This document shows positions 49,434 through 60,315 of a DNA stretch of 64,000 nt, piece by piece. Numbering within the stretch: the first letter of the stretch is position 1; every line of letters starts with the position of its first letter. Source of the stretch: Mobula hypostoma (Eukaryota); NCBI RefSeq assembly GCF_963921235.1, contig NC_086097.1, positions 190,962,001-191,026,000 of the forward strand, written 5' to 3'. The notes beneath the pieces are model-generated. The model was not told where the DNA came from, made no database searches, and saw only the letters and a program-made list of their open reading frames with translations. A program made the translations under genes and the position numbers.

Positions 49434-49776
49434 CGCTACTTCTAAGCCAGTTTAGAGGGTCTCTGATTGTTGTGTGCAATATAATATACAATATCTAATA
49501 TGGTAGTGGTGAAGACAGGATCGTGTTCCTGTTGGGCGGAGGAGAGCGCCTGTTGCCTCATGGAAAGAGCGCGGTGGAGCCTCGGGACAGGCCGGGACGT
49601 CAGCGACTGATGTCAGGACGCAGAACGGAGACGTAGATCCGGGAAACTGCGGGTCGTGAAGCCAGCACATTTGCAGCAAAGGACAGCAGCATCTCCTTTT
49701 TTGCAGGCTTGTGAAAACTTTAAAGACTTGAGCTTTTACTACGTCACGCTCAGAGGACACACCAGTTGAACTTGAT

Positions 49777-50988
49777 TTGAATGAACAAATTAGGGAATTG
49801 AGTAGTAGGTATGATGAAGCCATGGCAACCATAGATAAATTAAGCAAAAGGCCCTATGTATATGTCCCAAGGGAAAGACACATTGTTCCACTTACGGGGG
49901 ATGTTCAGAAAGATGGGAGGTCTGTTGATGACTTTATTGAAGAAGTACAACGTGCCCTTCATAGTAGAAATCAGTCTGACCAGGATCGGTATGACTTTGT
50001 TATGTCCCTTCTCAGGGGTACAGCCTCAGAGGAAGCACGTATGCGCAGTGATGCTGAGGAAGACCGCGCTGATGACTTGTTCACCTATCTCAGGGAAGCT
50101 TTTAGAGACAAGCGTAATGTACTCCAGCTGTGGCATGGCTTCTACAGTCACAAACAGCGTGACGGTGATGATGTAAGAGAGTTTTCCCATGCCCTAGCCC
50201 AAGCTCTTAACTTGATACTGAAGCACTTCCCCGATGCCGTGACTAACAAGAGGGTGATGCTAAGAGATCAATTTATAGAGAGGATCAGGGATCCTTCCCT
50301 CAGAAGGGAGCTCCACAGATTCTTGCGGGGCCACCCTGAGTCCTCAATGATAGAAGTGAGAGAGGAGGCTCGTCTGTGGCTTGTAGAAGAGCCCCTGGAA
50401 AATACAAGGTCTGGAAAGTCAAAGTGTAACAGTAGCCAGGCGCAGTGCTCGATTCTTAAAACTCGAGAATCTGAGTCTGTCACACTAGATGACGTCCTTA
50501 AAGTAGTCGCAGAGCAGGGCAAAGCCCTTTGTGAATTGACTCAAGCAGTGAAAGATCTCACTGTACAGAAGGATTTTACATGCGCTAGTAGCATCAGACG
50601 TAAGTTACAGCCTAGGTTCACAGAAGATGGGCAACCAGTAAGTTTCAAGTGTCAGGTGGGAGGGCATTTGGCCAAGAATTGCCCACGGAAGTGGGGTGTA
50701 AGGGAAGAGGAGCCTGCATCCTCCTGCCCTCAAGAGGTTGGGAGTCGGGCAATTCGGCGTAACCTCATCGATACAGGTAATGTACAGCTACCCTGTGACC
50801 AGTTGCTGCAATGCGCCATAGGGACATGTCCAGTTGTGGAGCTTGAAATATCAGGTGTCGCTGTCCGTTGTCTGTTGGACACAGGTAGTCAGGTAAGCAT
50901 CCTGACCGAGCAGTTCTTTCGAGAACACTTGAATGGAGAGGACGAGGATATGTTGTCCACTGCTGGCTGGCTTAAGCTAACAGCTTGA
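49777..50988 (+). CDS. Gypsy Gag (PNMA-like capsid + zinc knuckle) and aspartic protease
   Basis: 403-aa ORF: LRDQFIERIRD, degenerate CCHC knuckle (SFKCQVGGHLAKNCP), protease motif CLLDTGSQVS. Confidence 0.85.
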   Translation: MNEQIRELSSRYDEAMATIDKLSKRPYVYVPRERHIVPLTGDVQKDGRSVDDFIEEVQRALHSRNQSDQDRYDFVMSLLRGTASEEARMRSDAEEDRADDLFTYLREAFRDKRNVLQLWHGFYSHKQRDGDDVREFSHALAQALNLILKHFPDAVTNKRVMLRDQFIERIRDPSLRRELHRFLRGHPESSMIEVREEARLWLVEEPLENTRSGKSKCNSSQAQCSILKTRESESVTLDDVLKVVAEQGKALCELTQAVKDLTVQKDFTCASSIRRKLQPRFTEDGQPVSFKCQVGGHLAKNCPRKWGVREEEPASSCPQEVGSRAIRRNLIDTGNVQLPCDQLLQCAIGTCPVVELEISGVAVRCLLDTGSQVSILTEQFFREHLNGEDEDMLSTAGWLKLTA

Positions 50989-51019
50989 TATTCCTTACCT
51001 TGGGTATCTAGAGCTAGAG

Positions 51020-52450
51020 GTGCAAACAGTGGGCATGAAGATACCAATTCGTGGCTTTCCAGTAGTCAGGGATCCTGTTAGCACCGAACCCCCTATCCCA
51101 TGTATTGTAGGCATGAACATTATCAGCCAGTGTAGGCAACTTATCTATGCAGTGTTTGACTTCGATGTCCAGTATCGTCCGGGTCGAAGCAATACCGTGG
51201 CTGATGCACTCTCTAGGCAGCCATTTGTAGGGAGCCTGAGCCTGTCTCAGAGGATGCGGAGTTTGATGGGTCTGTGGCAATCTGTAGTTTGATGAATTGT
51301 GGCACTGCCCTTGACCCAACACTGGTTACCGCTGGTCTTAACAGCTGTAGGGTTAAGCAAATTTTGGCCTGGGAAGCTGGTACAAGTGATGTAAGTGGTC
51401 GGATGCAAGGGAACAGTCCAACCCTCCCAGGTTACTCTAATGGAGACTTGCGTACTTTTCAACAGCAAGACCCTGTGTTAGGTGTCCTGAGAGACTTATG
51501 GGATCAGAAAAGAAAGCTGAGTGGCCAGGAGCGTAAAGCTCTGCCTAAACCTGTTTCGGCTCTGTTAAGACACTGGGACAGTATCAGGGAGCGTAAAAGG
51601 TTACTGTATAGGGTAGTTGAGGATAAGAAGCTTGGGGAGTGTTACCAGCTTCTGGTACCTATCAGCTGAAGAGCAAAGTGTTAAGTATGTACATGACTCT
51701 ATGGGCCATCAAGGCATAGAACGTACTCTGCAGTTGTTGAGAAGCCGATGTTTTTGGGTGGGCATACACAAGGATGTGGCACAGTGGATCAAAAATTTTC
51801 CACGTTGTGTACTAACTAAGATGCCGCAGCCTAGGATCTGCACCCCCCCCCCCCCCATAAAGTCACTTCTGGCTTCTAGGCCGCTTGAAGTTGTAGCAGT
51901 AGATTTCACGGTGTTGGAACCGACAACTGACGGGCGTGAAAATGTCTTAGTGGCCATGGACATTTTCACTAAATTCACCCAAGCATTTCTGACTCGGGAT
52001 CAAAAGGCGGATACCACAGCAAGGGTGCTCTTGATGTATGGTGTCCCTGAGAGATTGCATTCTGACCAGGGCCGTAACTTAGAAAGTGATATCATAGCGG
52101 AGCTTTACAAACTATACGGGGTAAAGAAAAGCCGTACCACACCTCGTCATCCTACTGGAAAAGCGCAGTGCGAGTGTTTCAACAGGACGATGCATGATTT
52201 GTTGCGTATGTTGCCTCCAGAAAAGAAGCGCAGATGGCCAGAACCTCTACCCGAGTTGGTGTATGCATATAATGTGACACCTCACGCAACCACCGGGTAT
52301 TCACCTTACTATCCATTGTTTGGGATGGATCCCCACTTGCCCGTGGATGCTCTGCTGAGACAAGAACAGACTGTGGACCGGAAACATGACTGGCTAGCTG
52401 CATACGCAATTCTGTCCATACACAAGGGTGTGGATCGAAAATTAAACTGA
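51020..52450 (+). pseudogene. Gypsy pol remnant: protease end fused to RNase H end, then integrase (frameshifted)
   Basis: GMNIISQCRQLIYAVFDFDVQYRPGRSNTVADALSR; HDSMGHQG..RCFW; VAVDF..LHSDQGRNLES..ECFNRT..YAYNVTPHATTGYSPY. Confidence 0.85.
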
Positions 52451-53114
52451 GATTGTAACGACAAGAACCGGTTGTAAATTCGTTTGTTTTGTTTCGCGAC
52501 CCTCTTCTGGCACTTACACATCTAAAACAGATAAAGGAATTAAAACCCGAAAAAGTATTTGTTGTCCTGAGTGTGTACCTTTCCCCAGGCTACACTTTCA
52601 TACACACCCTGTCATCTATCTTACTGGAGAAAATATTTTCTCCCTCTGAATCCAGCTCATTAGTGACCACAGAACAAGATAATTTAGGTTTCTGACTTGC
52701 CATTTAGTTGTCAGTATTCCAGCAGCTGTATGTGTCATTTATCCTGCAAGAATCCTCTAATCCACTGTTGCTATCCAACTAGAAAATGAATGAAATCACA
52801 CCTGGTAACCTGTGGTTATAAGCTGCATTATTGTGTGATGCAGAGGGACCAGTTCTGTCCCACTGGAGCTGGAAAAGTGGAGGGAAAACAAAAGCATCCC
52901 CATGCATTATCTCCCCACTAATACCCAGATCTTTTATTAACAGACTGCTAGAAAAATCCTCCATCTGAGTCTATGCCATCAGTCCCAAAAACAAAATGAC
53001 ACATAGCTATTAGAAATAGCAAAAGAATATCTTCCTGCTATGCAACTTTATGGCAGCAATTAAAATAATGGCACCTAACACAGGCATGTTTTCGTGTAGA
53101 TTATGAACCATCAT

Positions 53115-54397
53115 TAAGGAAGAAATGGCAAGAGTCTGGACAGACATGGTTCTATCAGGCAGTCACAGCATAGATTTAGGAAGGACAAGTCCTGTTTGAT
53201 AAACTCCTTGGAGTTCATTGAGGATGCAACAAGCACAGAAGAGGGAGGGGAATGGGCAGATGTCGTACCCTTGATTTCCAGAATATGGTTCCTCATATGA
53301 GGCTTATCAATAAGATAAGGATGGGGTTAATGTATTAGCATGAATGGAGCATTAGCTAGCCAATAAAAGGCAGAGTTAGGATAAGTTAGTGTTTCTCTGG
53401 TTGGCCATCAGAGGTGAGCACTGTTCAAAACATACTGCACTATATTATCAATTTGGAAGGGGGACTAAGGGTAGCAAATCTGAGTTTGCTCATGACACTA
53501 ATTGAGTGAAAGACCAAAATATGGAGAGTCTGCAAAGAGAAAAAGATAGCTTGAGTGAACAAAGGTCTGGCTGATGGAGTAAATGTTGGTAAATGCAAGG
53601 TCATCAATTTAGGAGGGGAAAAATAGAAGATCAGATTATTACTTAATTGGTAAAAGATTGCAGAATATTGCTGTGTAGGGATTTTAGAAGTGCTAGTGCA
53701 TGAATCACAAAAGGCTAGTTCACAGTTGCAACAGGTTATCAAAAGGGCAAATTAAAAGTTGGCCTTATTGCTAGATGGATTGAGTTTGAGATGGGAGGAC
53801 ATTGCTGCAACTGTACAGGTTGCTGGCGAGGCTGTGCCTTGAGTACAGCATATAGTTATAGTCTCCTTACTTGAGAAGACATATACTGGCTTTGGAGGCA
53901 GTGTAGGACAGCTTCACTTGGTTGATTCTGGAGATGAGGGTGAGGAGAAATTGAGGCACCTGTGACTATAGTCACTAGAATTCATGAGAATGAGAGGACT
54001 TCCTGCATAAACATACAACATTTTGAAAGGGATAGATAGGCTAGAAGCAGGAAAACTGTTTTCACCGATAGATGAGTCTTGAACTAGGGATACAGTCTCA
54101 AGATTGTGCGAGTAGATTTAGGACAGAGACGAAGAGGAACTGGTTTTCCCAGAGAGTTGTTAATCTGTGGAATTCAATTCCCAAGGAACCAATAGAGGGT
54201 GTTATTAAATACATTCCATACACAGTAAGGTCAATTTTTGCACAGTAGATGAAGACAGCATTATGGGAGAAAGGCAGGTAGGTGGAATTGAGTCCATAGC
54301 CAGATCAGTCATGATCTTAATGAATGGAGGAGCAGGCTGGATGGGCCAGATGGCCAATTCTTGCTCCTATTTCTTACTGTATGTTCTTGCGTTCTAA
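53115..54397 (+). mobile_element. Old CR1 RT/3' fragment
   Basis: aggcagtcacagcatagattt..aagtcctgtttgataaac..; the 3' UTR reads gcaggctggatgggccagatggcc..gctcctatttctta. Confidence 0.85.
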
Positions 54398-56030
54398 TGA
54401 CTGCAAAAGAGTAAATCTTAACTTAATTAAGTGACTACATTCAAATCACCAGTGGAAAGGATGACCTTGGACAAACATATTTCCATTATCTTTACTTTTA
54501 TTTTCAAGGTGAAATTTAATGAAATTATTTGTCAGTTCATCCATATCTTTACAGAGAACTGAAAGACTTGGCTGAGTTAAGAAATGCCTTTGCTAGTCAA
54601 ACAGTCCTGGAAAATAATTAATCCTGATCTTTGAAAATTACGAGTCCAGAAACTAATTCACAAAATATTCTCCAGCAGCAGATGTTAGTATTCATCAACT
54701 GAAACAAGAACTGTTCTGAGACATTAAAGCCTCAAGAAAACAGTTGCTGTGATTATCATTCTGATTTTGCCATCCCATGGTTACCTCATCTGCATTTAAA
54801 CAGCATTCTTAAAGACTGAATCTGTGTTCCCTTTATATCACACATTTACTTTAATCTAGAGACAGATTACTGCAGGATAGGTTTCAGAGCAATGACAAAA
54901 AGAATGATCATCAAAGATTCTCAGACACATACCTAGTTACTCCGTTGCATGAATAAACTAGATTTTATTGGAGTCCCTGGCAGAATCTACTTGAACAGAA
55001 TGGAGGAAACTGTATTCTCATTGTTAACATTCACAACTTTAAAATGATTGTGTTATTGCAGGCACTAAAAATACTTGTGGATTTAAAACATTCTAAATAT
55101 TTTTCAAGCAAGAATGTTTCCCTTCATGCCCCTATGACAATTCCAGGAAGATAATTTTTTTCTTGGCTGGATTATCTCCAATTAAAGATGAAAATGCAGT
55201 GTTCATATTCCTTTTGCAAAGACCATTTAAGTTTCATCAAAAAAAATTAAATCCCTATAAGCAGAATTGATAATAGAAGCAAATTTATGGTACTGCTTAT
55301 GGTCAAGAGTTATTAGTATTTCATTCAAGGCTGACACCCTTGCAAAAAGTCTGGTTCTTCATTCATTTCCTTGATCTCATCCTCTCTAGGATTCTTCTTT
55401 ACCTCCAATGTCCTCCTACAATCTTTTCTTCCAGCTACAATTTTCTCTCCCTATATTGACCTCGCTCTTCCAAATCTACAGTCTCTGCCCTGCTCTTCCC
55501 ACCCACCTCCACCACTCCCAAACTCTACAAAGATGTTTCTCTGTCTCTCCATTCATGAACTGTAGACTTCCCATCAACCAGGAGACAGCCTATTATTTTG
55601 ACTGACTGGGAAGCTTATGGAATCCAGAAGACGTCCAACGTTTAATATTTAGGATAACTGGGAAAACCCACTACTGCTTCTTGCTTTGAATGTACTTTCT
55701 ATAATTTCACATAGACGAACATGTCAGAAGTACAGATTAAGTGAAACAAAGTTTCATAATGATAATTATCTCTTTCAGATCTGTGCAATGAATTGATCTG
55801 CATCAATGAAATCAGCTAGTTATTTTCTTAACCTTACTAATGGCTCTGCTGTACAATTACAGTTATCCAACAAAATAATTCAATGAATCTAATCCTCCCT
55901 CTGAGTTTCTGTCTCAATTAAAATACAATTATTTAAGCTAATATTACAGGACATTGGTTATGAAAATGCTTTTTGTTTGCTTTCTCTGCTAGCCTTTCCT
56001 CATAAAATATGTCCTTAGATGCATTTTAAT

Positions 56031-56343
56031 GTGTGGGCACGTGGCCAAGCGGTTGAAGCATTGGAATAGCGACCTGAAGGTCGTAAATTCGAGCCTCAGC
56101 TGAGGTAACGTGCTGTGTCCTTGAGCAAGGCACTTAATCACACTTTGCTCTGCGATGACACTGGTGCCAAGCTGTATGGGTCCTAGTGCCCTTCCTTTGG
56201 ACAACATTGGTGTCGTGGAGAGGGGAGACTTGCAGCATGGGCAACTGCTGGTCTTCCATACAACCTTGCCCAGGCCTGCGCCCTGGAGAGTGAAGACTTT
56301 CCAGGCGCAGATCTATGGTCTTACAAGACTAATGGATGCCTTT
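56031..56343 (+). mobile_element. tRNA-derived SINE (copy 2)
   Basis: A-box tggccaagcgg, B-box-like aattcgagcc; collinear with 9445-9756. Confidence 0.85.
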
Positions 56344-57399
56344 ATAATGTGATAATATAAAAGCAACAAACACAACTGTGGAGACGAAACAAACAAAATG
56401 GCAAACAGTACATCTGTTATTTGCCAGGTTAATTTAACATTATTACATGTTTCACTTCCTTAGAACTTTACAATAAATCTTTACAGTAACACTACTTAGA
56501 TTGTAGATGCCGTTTTAAACAGCATTTAGCTTTTAACAGAATTAGAAGCAAAAGTCCCTGTACAGCTACTAACTAATTCACGTCAAATGTAGCCATCTGC
56601 ATACACTTTCCGTATGGTGTAGCTCAAAAAGATTGTTCAGCTATTGACTGATCATTTTGTTTGAGGTGTTGTCACTTGAATGTCCAACAATACAATAAAT
56701 CATCCTCTCTTGTCTGCTGCTGAAATCTGACAAGAACTTCCTTTCACCTTGAAGATCCACAAATTGAGTTTCACCTCGTAATGCTCCTTGAGAATAAAAC
56801 TGGTTGCTAATATACCTTTCTGAGAGATGCAGAACCATCTTTTCTGTCTTTCATGATGGATGATGGTTAGAAAAGAGATGTGTCCCGTGACTTTTTTTTA
56901 GCAACAATGCCGCTTGTATTGAACAGTCTTGTTGAAATAGTTTCTCACTGTACTGTCATTATTGTGGATGTTGGAGAGTAATTTCATCTTAAATGCAGTA
57001 GTGTAGAACAAAATACTGCCACTATAAGTTGAGTCTGATTTTCAGATGCTGATCCTCTTGAGACTCAGGGCATTGTAAAACACTGACCCATCACAAAATC
57101 TTCTCTTATAATTTATCTTAACTAATTCTTGACAGGAGAAACATTTGTCAGAAGCAAAAATACGTTATCATTTTATGAATCAACATGAAACTATTTTTAA
57201 GTGTATATAGATTCATCCGGAATGTTTTGATGTTATTTTTTAGAAATTTTAAAAGTAATCTATGTTTTATGTATCTTCACATACATTCAGTCAAGAAGTA
57301 AAAGGGAAAATATGTGAAGCTTCGGAAACTAGAATCAGGCAGAGTCCTCGAGGATTATAAAGAATCCTCAAGGATAAAGGGGGTAACATATGCTTGGGT

Positions 57400-58520
57400 A
57401 TCCCCTCCTCCTACTCTTTCTCATATCAGATTCCTTTTTCTCCAACACTTTACCTTTCCCACCCACCTAGCTTCACTTATCACCTTCTAGTTAGCCTTCT
57501 TCCCCTCCCCCCGCCCCCACATTTTTGTTCTGGCATCTTCCCCCTTCCTTTTTAGTCCTGAAGCATCAAATATTTACAGTCGGCCCTTCTTATCTGTGAG
57601 TTCCGCACGCGCAAATTCAACCAACCACAAATCAAGAAAACCCAGAAGTGCTCTTCCAGCACTTGTTGTTCGAACATGTACAGACTTTTTTTCTTGTCAT
57701 TATTCCCTAAACATTGCAATATAACAACTATTTTACATAGCATTTACATTGTATTAGGTATTATAAGTAATCTAGAGATGATTTAAAGTATACGGGAGGA
57801 TGTGTGTAGGTTATCGTGGATTGGGATCGGAAAAAAACGGAAGTTCTCTTTCTAAGTAAGTTAGAACAGGTACATCCGGTATTATTTAGCGTCAGTTAGT
57901 CAAACGTTTGTCTTAGTATTTATTTGTCTTAGTATATATTTTACCTTTCTATGCATATAAAACACAAGAAATGTATGTTTCAGCGCTGGACTTGGGACGG
58001 AAATTCCCAAGTTCAATCCAGTGATAGACCGCTCCTGAGCGCTCTCCATCCCTGCCGGGTTGATGTGAGGATTAAAAGCCCAAAACCCTACAAATCAATA
58101 ATTAAACCACTGCATTGCTTACAATTAGTAATAATTGTAGCTTTAATCGGGCAGGGCCTTTCTCATTTTATCCTTTAAAATTGTTCCGATCATTGACTGA
58201 CTGTAGCCTAATGCTTTTCCAATGATCGATGGCGTTTCACCTCTTTCCAATTGTTTTATTATTTCCACTTTATTTTAAATCATGATCATGATTATTTTCG
58301 TAAACGGAAACACTGCGGATTCAGAGCTCTGCCGCCGGGTCCTAATGCCCACCGCATTTAGACAGGTTGAATAAGAGTCTTGAGCATCCGCGTTTTTTGG
58401 TATCTGTGAAGGGTCCCGGAACCAATCCCTCGCGGATAAGGAGGGCCAACTGTATTCATTTCCATAGATGCTGCTTGAGCTACAGAATTCCTCCAGCATT
58501 TTGTGTGTGCGTTGCTTTGA
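57400..58520 (+). mobile_element. Penelope-like terminal region interrupted by the Tigger element
   Basis: A pyrimidine-rich tract ends ccccttcctttttagtcctga (to ~57561) and resumes ttccatagatgctgc..ttcctccagcattttgtgtgtg (58455-58520). Confidence 0.6.
57577..58452 (-). mobile_element. MER2-like TcMar-Tigger non-autonomous element with a transposase N-terminal remnant
   Basis: TIRs cagtcggcccttcttatctgtgag / ctcgcggataaggagggccaactg, with TA at both ends (57575-76, 58453-54). Minus strand ~58290-58160 encodes I*NKVEIIKQLERGETPSIIGKALGYSQSMIGTILKDK (CENP-B/psq HTH). Confidence 0.9.
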
Positions 58521-58768
58521 ATAAAATTCTAGATGGGTGGGTTGGTAAATTTGCAGATGATGCAAAAGTTGGTAGTGGTGTAGATCACATAGAAGAATGA
58601 CAAAGAATACAATATGATATAGATCAGTTGCAGATATGGGCAGAGAAATGGCTGATGAAGCTTAACCTGGCCAAGTGTGAAGTGTTGAATCTTGATAGCT
58701 GAAATGTAAAGAGATTGTACACTATTCAGGGTTTTGCTCTTAACAGTGTTGATGAGCAGATGGATCTT

Positions 58769-60315
58769 CAAAATTCAAAGTAAATTTATTAACAAAGTAC
58801 ATAAATGTCATCACATACAACCCTATGGTTCATTTTCTTGTGGGCATACTCAGTAAATACAAAGAAATACCACAGAATCAATGAAAAAAAACACACACAG
58901 CAAGAAGGACAAACAAAAAATTTGCAAAAGACAACAGTTCAGTGATGGGGTGGGTGAAGTTATCCCTGCTGGTACAAGAACCTGATGGTTGAGAAGTAAT
59001 AACTGTTCTTAATCATGGTGGCAGCAGTGAGAAGAGAGCGTGGCCTGGATGGTGGGGGCCCTTGAAGATGGATGCTGCTTTCATGTGACAATGCTCCTTG
59101 TAGATATGTTCAGTGGTGGGGAGGGCTTTACCCATGATGTACTAGGCACTATCCACCATGTTTTGTAAATTTTTCCAATGAAGAGCATTGGTGTTCCTAT
59201 ACCAGGCCATAATGCAACCAGTCAATATACTCTCCACCTGTTTGTAAAAGTTTTAGATGATATACCAAAAACTACGTAAACTTCTAGGTGTTGTGCTTTC
59301 TTTGCAATGAAACTTGCAGGCTGGGCCTCGAACAGATTCTCTGTAATGATAATGCTGAGAATTTAAAGCTGCTGATCCTCGTCACCTCTAATCCCCTGAT
59401 GAGGACTAGCTCGTGAAACTCTGGTTTCCTCCTTCCATAGACAATCAGTTCCTTGCCTTTGTCAGAGCTGGGGAGCAGCCAATACCTGCCAAAAGAATGT
59501 CTGCAGGCATTCTGACCTCTGCAAGGGACTGGCAGCTGTTGGTGGACCTCAAAGGGCAGCTGAAGTTCCCCAACCATATCGTAGCCACCACCCTGCGACC
59601 AGACATTGTCCTAGTGTCTGAGTCGACTAAGCAAGTGGTGCTGCTGGAGCTGACAGTCCCATGGGAAGATAGCTTGGAGGAGGCCTTTGAAGGGAAGCTC
59701 TCCAAGTACGCAGGACTGGTCAGCAACTGTCAGCAGGCTGGATGGAGAGCGAGATGTCTCCCAGTGGAGGTTGGTTGTAGGGGATTCATAGCCCGTTCTT
59801 TAGTTAGAGCCTTCAGCATTTTGGGCATCGAGGGACAGAGGAAGAGGAGAGCCATCCGCAGTACCACCGATGTGGCAGAGAGGGCCCCAAGATGGCCGTG
59901 GCTCAAAAGAGGGGAGCCATGGAGTCATAAGTAGCTAGCCATCTGGACACAAGCCGGGGTCTGATCAGCCCCGGCTGGGTCACCTGGAGGAGGTTGTATG
60001 ATGTTGAAAGACCCGAAAATCCCCGATGGTTCCAGGAACATCACTGAAGATGTGTCCAGAAGCATCAATAGATGTATGTACACAGCCTTGGTCTTGCTGA
60101 CATTCAGTGAGAGGTTGTTGTTGTGGCACCACTCAGCCAGATTTTCAGTCTCCCTCTTATATGCTGAATCATTACCACCTTTGATTCGACCAACAGCAGT
60201 AGTGACATCAGCAAACTTAAATATGGCATTGGAGCTGTGATTTGCTTTACAGTATTAAGTATAAAATAAGTGGAGAAGTGGGCTAATTAAAGAGCCTCGT
60301 GGTGCACCTGTGAAC
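58769..60315 (-). mobile_element. Rex/Babar LINE 3' part, split by a HERO insertion
   Basis: The 3' end is the reverse complement of 10990-11085. RT motif text (SSNAIFKFADVTTAVG; LSLNVSKT) lies at 60090-60240. Confidence 0.85.
59456..60085 (+). mobile_element. HERO-clade (restriction-like endonuclease) non-LTR retrotransposon 3' fragment
   Basis: ORF 59413-59934: AFVRAGE..DWQLLVDL..LRPDIVLVS..LLELTVPWE..KLSKY..LPVEVGCRGF (PD..E.K RLE). ccttg occurs at both junctions (59451-59455, 60086-60090). Confidence 0.88.

Larger units (their letters stand above)
48542..52594 (+). mobile_element. Gypsy/Ty3 LTR retrotransposon lacking RT and most of RNase H
   Basis: The 5' LTR is 48542-49413 (TGTAACC...GGCTACA). 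The 3' LTR remnant 52398-52594 matches 49217-49413. There is a 4-bp TSD CTTT (48538-48541 / 52595-52598), plus gag-PR and IN ORFs. Confidence 0.93.
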
